From: Camelus ferus
Lineage: Eukaryota
Length of the DNA: 64,000 bases
Assembly: GCF_009834535.1 (NCBI RefSeq)
Contig: NC_045696.1
Coordinates: 11,038,001 to 11,102,000 of the forward strand
Reading direction: 5' to 3'
Of this stretch, positions 60,038 to 64,000 are shown piece by piece (within the stretch, counting starts at the first letter, position 1; the number at the start of each line of letters is the position of its first letter). The notes beneath the pieces were generated by a model. The model was given only the letters and a program-made list of their open reading frames with translations, was not told the origin of the DNA and did no database searches. Made by a program: the position numbers and the translations under genes.

Positions 60038-62245
60038 TTAAATTTTTTTTTTAAAATAACGAATAGCTAATGTTTACTGAGCACTTCCTCTGAACTAGGC
60101 CTTGTTCTAGAATCTTTACGTGTATCGGTGAGTTTACTCAGAACGGCTCTTCTGTGAACCTCCTCTTCATATCCTTTGCATATTGTGCTTTGGAGTTTTA
60201 GACATTGTCTGGAGAAGGGAATCATAAATTCTGGATGCTAACTTCTGAACTTTTGTCTCTTATGTGTTATAAATATCTTTTTCTAGCCTCCCCCTTCTCT
60301 TGAACTTGGCAAAAGCAAAGCAGAGCAAAACATAGAGGAGACCACGGTCATGAGTTTGCACCCTCTCCCACCCCAATGTTTATGAGAAAAATCATCAAAA
60401 CAATACTAGCCCCACTTGCTCATGCCCTGTCCTAGTTTTCTCCTACTTTGAAATGGCACCCAGGGGCACCTCGTTTAGCCAGAGAAGCATTGGAGTCAAC
60501 AGCAAACAAGAGCGAAATTCCAGGAGCTGCTCCCGGTGTCATGAGCTGCCTGGGATGGAGAGGAAGAGTCCGTCAAGAGGAAGGAGAACTAGTCCGCACC
60601 CCCAGTAACCCCGACACCCCCGTCTTTCACGTCTCTCACCCACTCAAGTTTCTGTTCCACTTTTCTTTCCTGGATTGGAGGTACAGGCTGATCCCAAGAC
60701 CCAAATACACCTTAAACCAAAGTTTTCCAATTGTCACTTGAGGCCCATTAATAAGCCATGAAGTCAATTTAGTGGATTGTGACCAGCAATTAAAAAGAAA
60801 AATAAAGAATAGTTTGGAAAACATCAAAGTACATCCCACAAAGTAAGGATAAACATTGTTCCATAACGTAAAAGCTTTTTTTCAGTTGTGCGTGTGTCGT
60901 GTTGGATCTAAATGTAAAATGTTTTTCTTGCTCCGGGTTGCAATCAAACCAATCCGAAAGGCCCTGAAGAAGGAGGGAGTGGTAAACATCAGGGCAACGG
61001 GGGCCAGTGGGAACTTTGTACCCTGGCATGGATGATGCGTAAGTCCCAAACTTAAAATATAGAAAAAAATAATTTCCAAGTAGAAATTCCACCTTTCTGT
61101 GACTTGTAAGTTCCCATGCCTTTCTGCTCAAAACAGAGAAGCAGCAGTGCGGCCAAACTTTTGAACTGCACGAAGGAAAATGTTTAGGCTCTCAAGATTA
61201 ACATCAGCTCCGGTGCTGGTAAACCTTGGCAACAATTCTTCAAAACAAGATGACGGGAAGATTCATTAATGAAAAGCGCAGAGCAGACACCGGCTTACAG
61301 ATGCTCACAAAATCCCCATCCCCTCTAGTATCTGAGCACACCTGAGGAACCATCAGAGGAGGGAAGAGTTAGGAGGTGACTAAGCGAGTGTGTAGGATGC
61401 CCTTTACCCACTAACTGGAATCTTCATATCTCAGTTTAAACTTAGAGCCAAGAAAAGTTCTGTTTTCTTTTTCTAAATAAAAAGAACACTGAGTCTGACC
61501 TTGACTTTGGAGGGTTTGATTTCGGTGAGTCATATCCGCACTGGCATGAGTTTTTCGGTGCTTTTGATGAGTAAACACTAAATCTCACCAACACCGAAAT
61601 ATTGCCTGACTTTAAAGGTCCGGAGTGAACTGAGGGCCTTTGATGCAGAACAGAGGGCAATGGGTAGACACACCAAAAGAGCTCACGCACCCTTCCAAAG
61701 AGAAGAATACCAAAAATGTGGAGAATGCCTGCCATCGGCAGAACTTGCCAAAAAGGAGGAGGGAAGACAAAAGCCAAGCCTTATCTCAGTCAGCTGGAAA
61801 CTTTTTAACAGGAATGGTTTCTTTCTTTCCTTTTCTCTCTCTCTGTCTTACTAGAATTTTTAAAATTAGAAGTTTTTTTTAAGGCATGTCATGAAATGCA
61901 TTTAGTAGCCACCATCTCTCTGATTCATTAAGATGTATTCAATGAAACGTGGCCTCAGTACCAGCCAAACTCACCCGGAGTAACACAGCACCCCTCAAGT
62001 AAGGCTTCCAGCGATCGCTGTCCCCAGATTATGGGCAAATCATCTCCTGGAATGGAAGGGCCTGTGAGTATCACATGACATGCTTGGAGTTCCCTTTGTA
62101 AGGTGTGGAATCACCTCGTTCCTTGGGAATGTATTAATTCACTGTCGCCTAAAAGTGACATTTCTGGGTTCTAAAAGCAAAGTGACTACTAACATAATTG
62201 CTGCTTTTCTTAGAGAATTAGAATCTGTTTTAGATCAGGGTTAGA

Positions 62246-62386
62246 GGCGGGAGGGTATAGGTTGGTGGTAGAGTGTGTGCCTAGCATGCATGAGGTCCTG
62301 GGTTCAACCACCAGCACCTCCATTAAAAAGATCAATAAATAAACCCAATTACATCCCCTACAACAAAAATTAAAAACATAAAAAAG
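62246..62386 (+). mobile_element. tRNA-Ala-derived SINE, long form, more diverged
   Basis: gggagggtatagg..gtggtagagtgtgtgcctagcatgcatgaggtcctgggttcaacc plus a taaataaacccaatt tail. Degenerate TSD ending gttagag. Confidence 0.85.
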
Positions 62387-63594
62387 AAGAACTGAGTTAG
62401 AGTGCTTAATGGCATCAGATTTAGAAAAGGTGTGGGCCGCTTTCCAGAAACGGGTCACCAACATCCCCATGGGTTTGGATGGGGAGAGTGACAGGAGTCT
62501 GGGTGAAGGCAGAACCATGACTCTGCTTAAAGGACGACAGCAACCAATTCTCCCTCCCAATTAGAGGGTGATGTGAGTGACTCATTCCTCCTTAATAACA
62601 CATAGACACATGCGCACAGCAGCCAGGGCCTTCCAAAGACGGGCAGGGGGAGGATCTGCCTTGATGGGGATATGTTATCAATGATGTTACTTACAGCTGC
62701 CAGAGCATGGCAATGGTCACGTGCAGACAGATATTTAGTCCCTTTTATTGTGTTCTTAAATTCTCAACAGACAGTGCACCCTACTATGGCCTACACCCAG
62801 GGCAGAACACACCCCCTCACCCCCAACCAATGGTACATCACTGCCTTTCAGTCATTCACATCTTTAGCAAGAATTACTTTAACCTACCTCTTGGAAGAAG
62901 AGCTACCAATTACTGAGCTCAACTCTATGCCAGGCCCTGTGCTAAGCATTCTACACACAGCACTGTATTTTCACAGTCTTGCAACGACTCTATGCAGAAG
63001 GTACTTTGTCTTCATTTTGCAATTGAGTTAGGGGGCCTCAGAAAGTTTCCCTCCCTTGCCAAAGGTCACACAGCAGCTACACAGGAGACAGAAATATGAA
63101 CCCAGAGCTGCCTAAATTCAAAGACTCACTGGAACCAAAATTCTCTGAGGGGATGAGATTCAGGAAGGAGGTGATGAACTTTAGGGAGGAGGTGAAATGG
63201 GAAAAGAAGGTTCTAGTAAGGATTCCTGGTAAAATATTCTCCAAAAGTAAACATATAAACGAGCCCTGTTTTGTAGCCTTTGCCGATCCCCCTGGTGTAA
63301 ATACTGCCATCGTGGCAGATTTTGCTGTACACGGGCAAGGCTAGGAAGAGATGGGTACAACTGGCTCCTGTGGTAACAGCTGGCTTCATGCACTCCTGGG
63401 TGCATCAGGGGAGCCTCTGGACAATCAGAGTGTTATTATGCAGGGGCTGGACCTGGGACCATGGAGAAGAGCTGCCAGAAATGAGAGGGGCTGCAGAAAA
63501 AGAGGAAGGTGTGGGGACCACCTCCTTCCTCCTCTATCTCACAGCAGCAACAGGAGCTGCCTCCCCAGCTGCAGTGCCTCTAGGTCACACGAGG

Positions 63595-63924
63595 TGCTCT
63601 GGTCTGAATGTTTGTGTCCCCCTAAAATGCATATGCTGAAATCCTAATGCCCATGTGGTACTGTTAGGAGGTGGGGCCCTCACGAATGGGATTAGTGCCC
63701 TTATAAAAGAGACCCCACAGAGATTCCTCCTCCCTCTGCCCAGCGAGGTTACAGGAAGCAGGACAGCTGTCTGTGAGGAAGCAGCCCCCTTGGCAGATAC
63801 CTAATCTGCTGGCACCTTGACCCTGGCCTTCTCAGCCTCCAGAACTGAGAGAAATACATTTCTGTTGATTACAAGCCACCTAATTAATGGCATTTTGTTA
63901 CAGTAGCTCAAATCGACTAAAATA
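63595..63924 (+). mobile_element. MaLR solo LTR (MLT1A-like)
   Basis: ggtctgaatgtttgtgtcccc...gaatgggattagtgcccttataaaagagacccc...cagcctccagaactgagagaaata. Similar to the 16894 copy. Confidence 0.8.
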
Positions 63925-64000
63925 TAAAGGCTCTACCCCTCTCATCTGTACACACGGGGCAGCCAGAGGGGGTCCCAACCCCATCGAGGACCCACCCTGC

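Noticed and set aside
58703..64000. Search for EVA1C upstream exons (first SUEL domain, signal peptide) or a promoter
   Set aside because: No matching reading frame or CpG island seen. They presumably lie beyond the window.

Overview
This is mammalian nuclear DNA, most likely from a camelid. That call is inferred from seven copies of a SINE made of an almost intact tRNA-Ala(AGC), plus artiodactyl-type L1 3' ends. The only protein-coding gene I can support is the 3' half of EVA1C (FAM176C/C21orf63) on the minus strand. It has five exons at 58702-58550, 38883-38740, 31638-31558, 30105-30016 and 21638-21262, all with GT-AG boundaries and all joined in phase 1. Together they encode the second SUEL/rhamnose-binding-lectin domain, a stalk, the transmembrane helix and an acidic cytoplasmic tail, followed by an AATAAA at 21084-21079. 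The 5' exons lie beyond position 64000. Positions 1 to about 21000 look intergenic. The rest is ordinary interspersed repeat (L1, L2, MIR, MaLR/ERVL LTRs, MER DNA transposons, SINEs), with family names assigned from remembered consensus sequences and boundaries approximate. The most unusual item is a ~330 bp 18S rRNA fragment that starts about 10 nt after an EVA1C splice donor. Its 283-nt core appears identical to mammalian 18S with all CpGs intact, but its edges are ragged, so it may be a very recent insertion, a gene conversion or an assembly-polishing artefact. Other oddities are a perfect 18-bp palindrome centred between two inverted L1 ends, a ~250 bp foldback element and a good CTCF-like motif. 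I see no convincing evidence of a new multi-gene biological system. Almost all ORFs in the supplied track are spurious.
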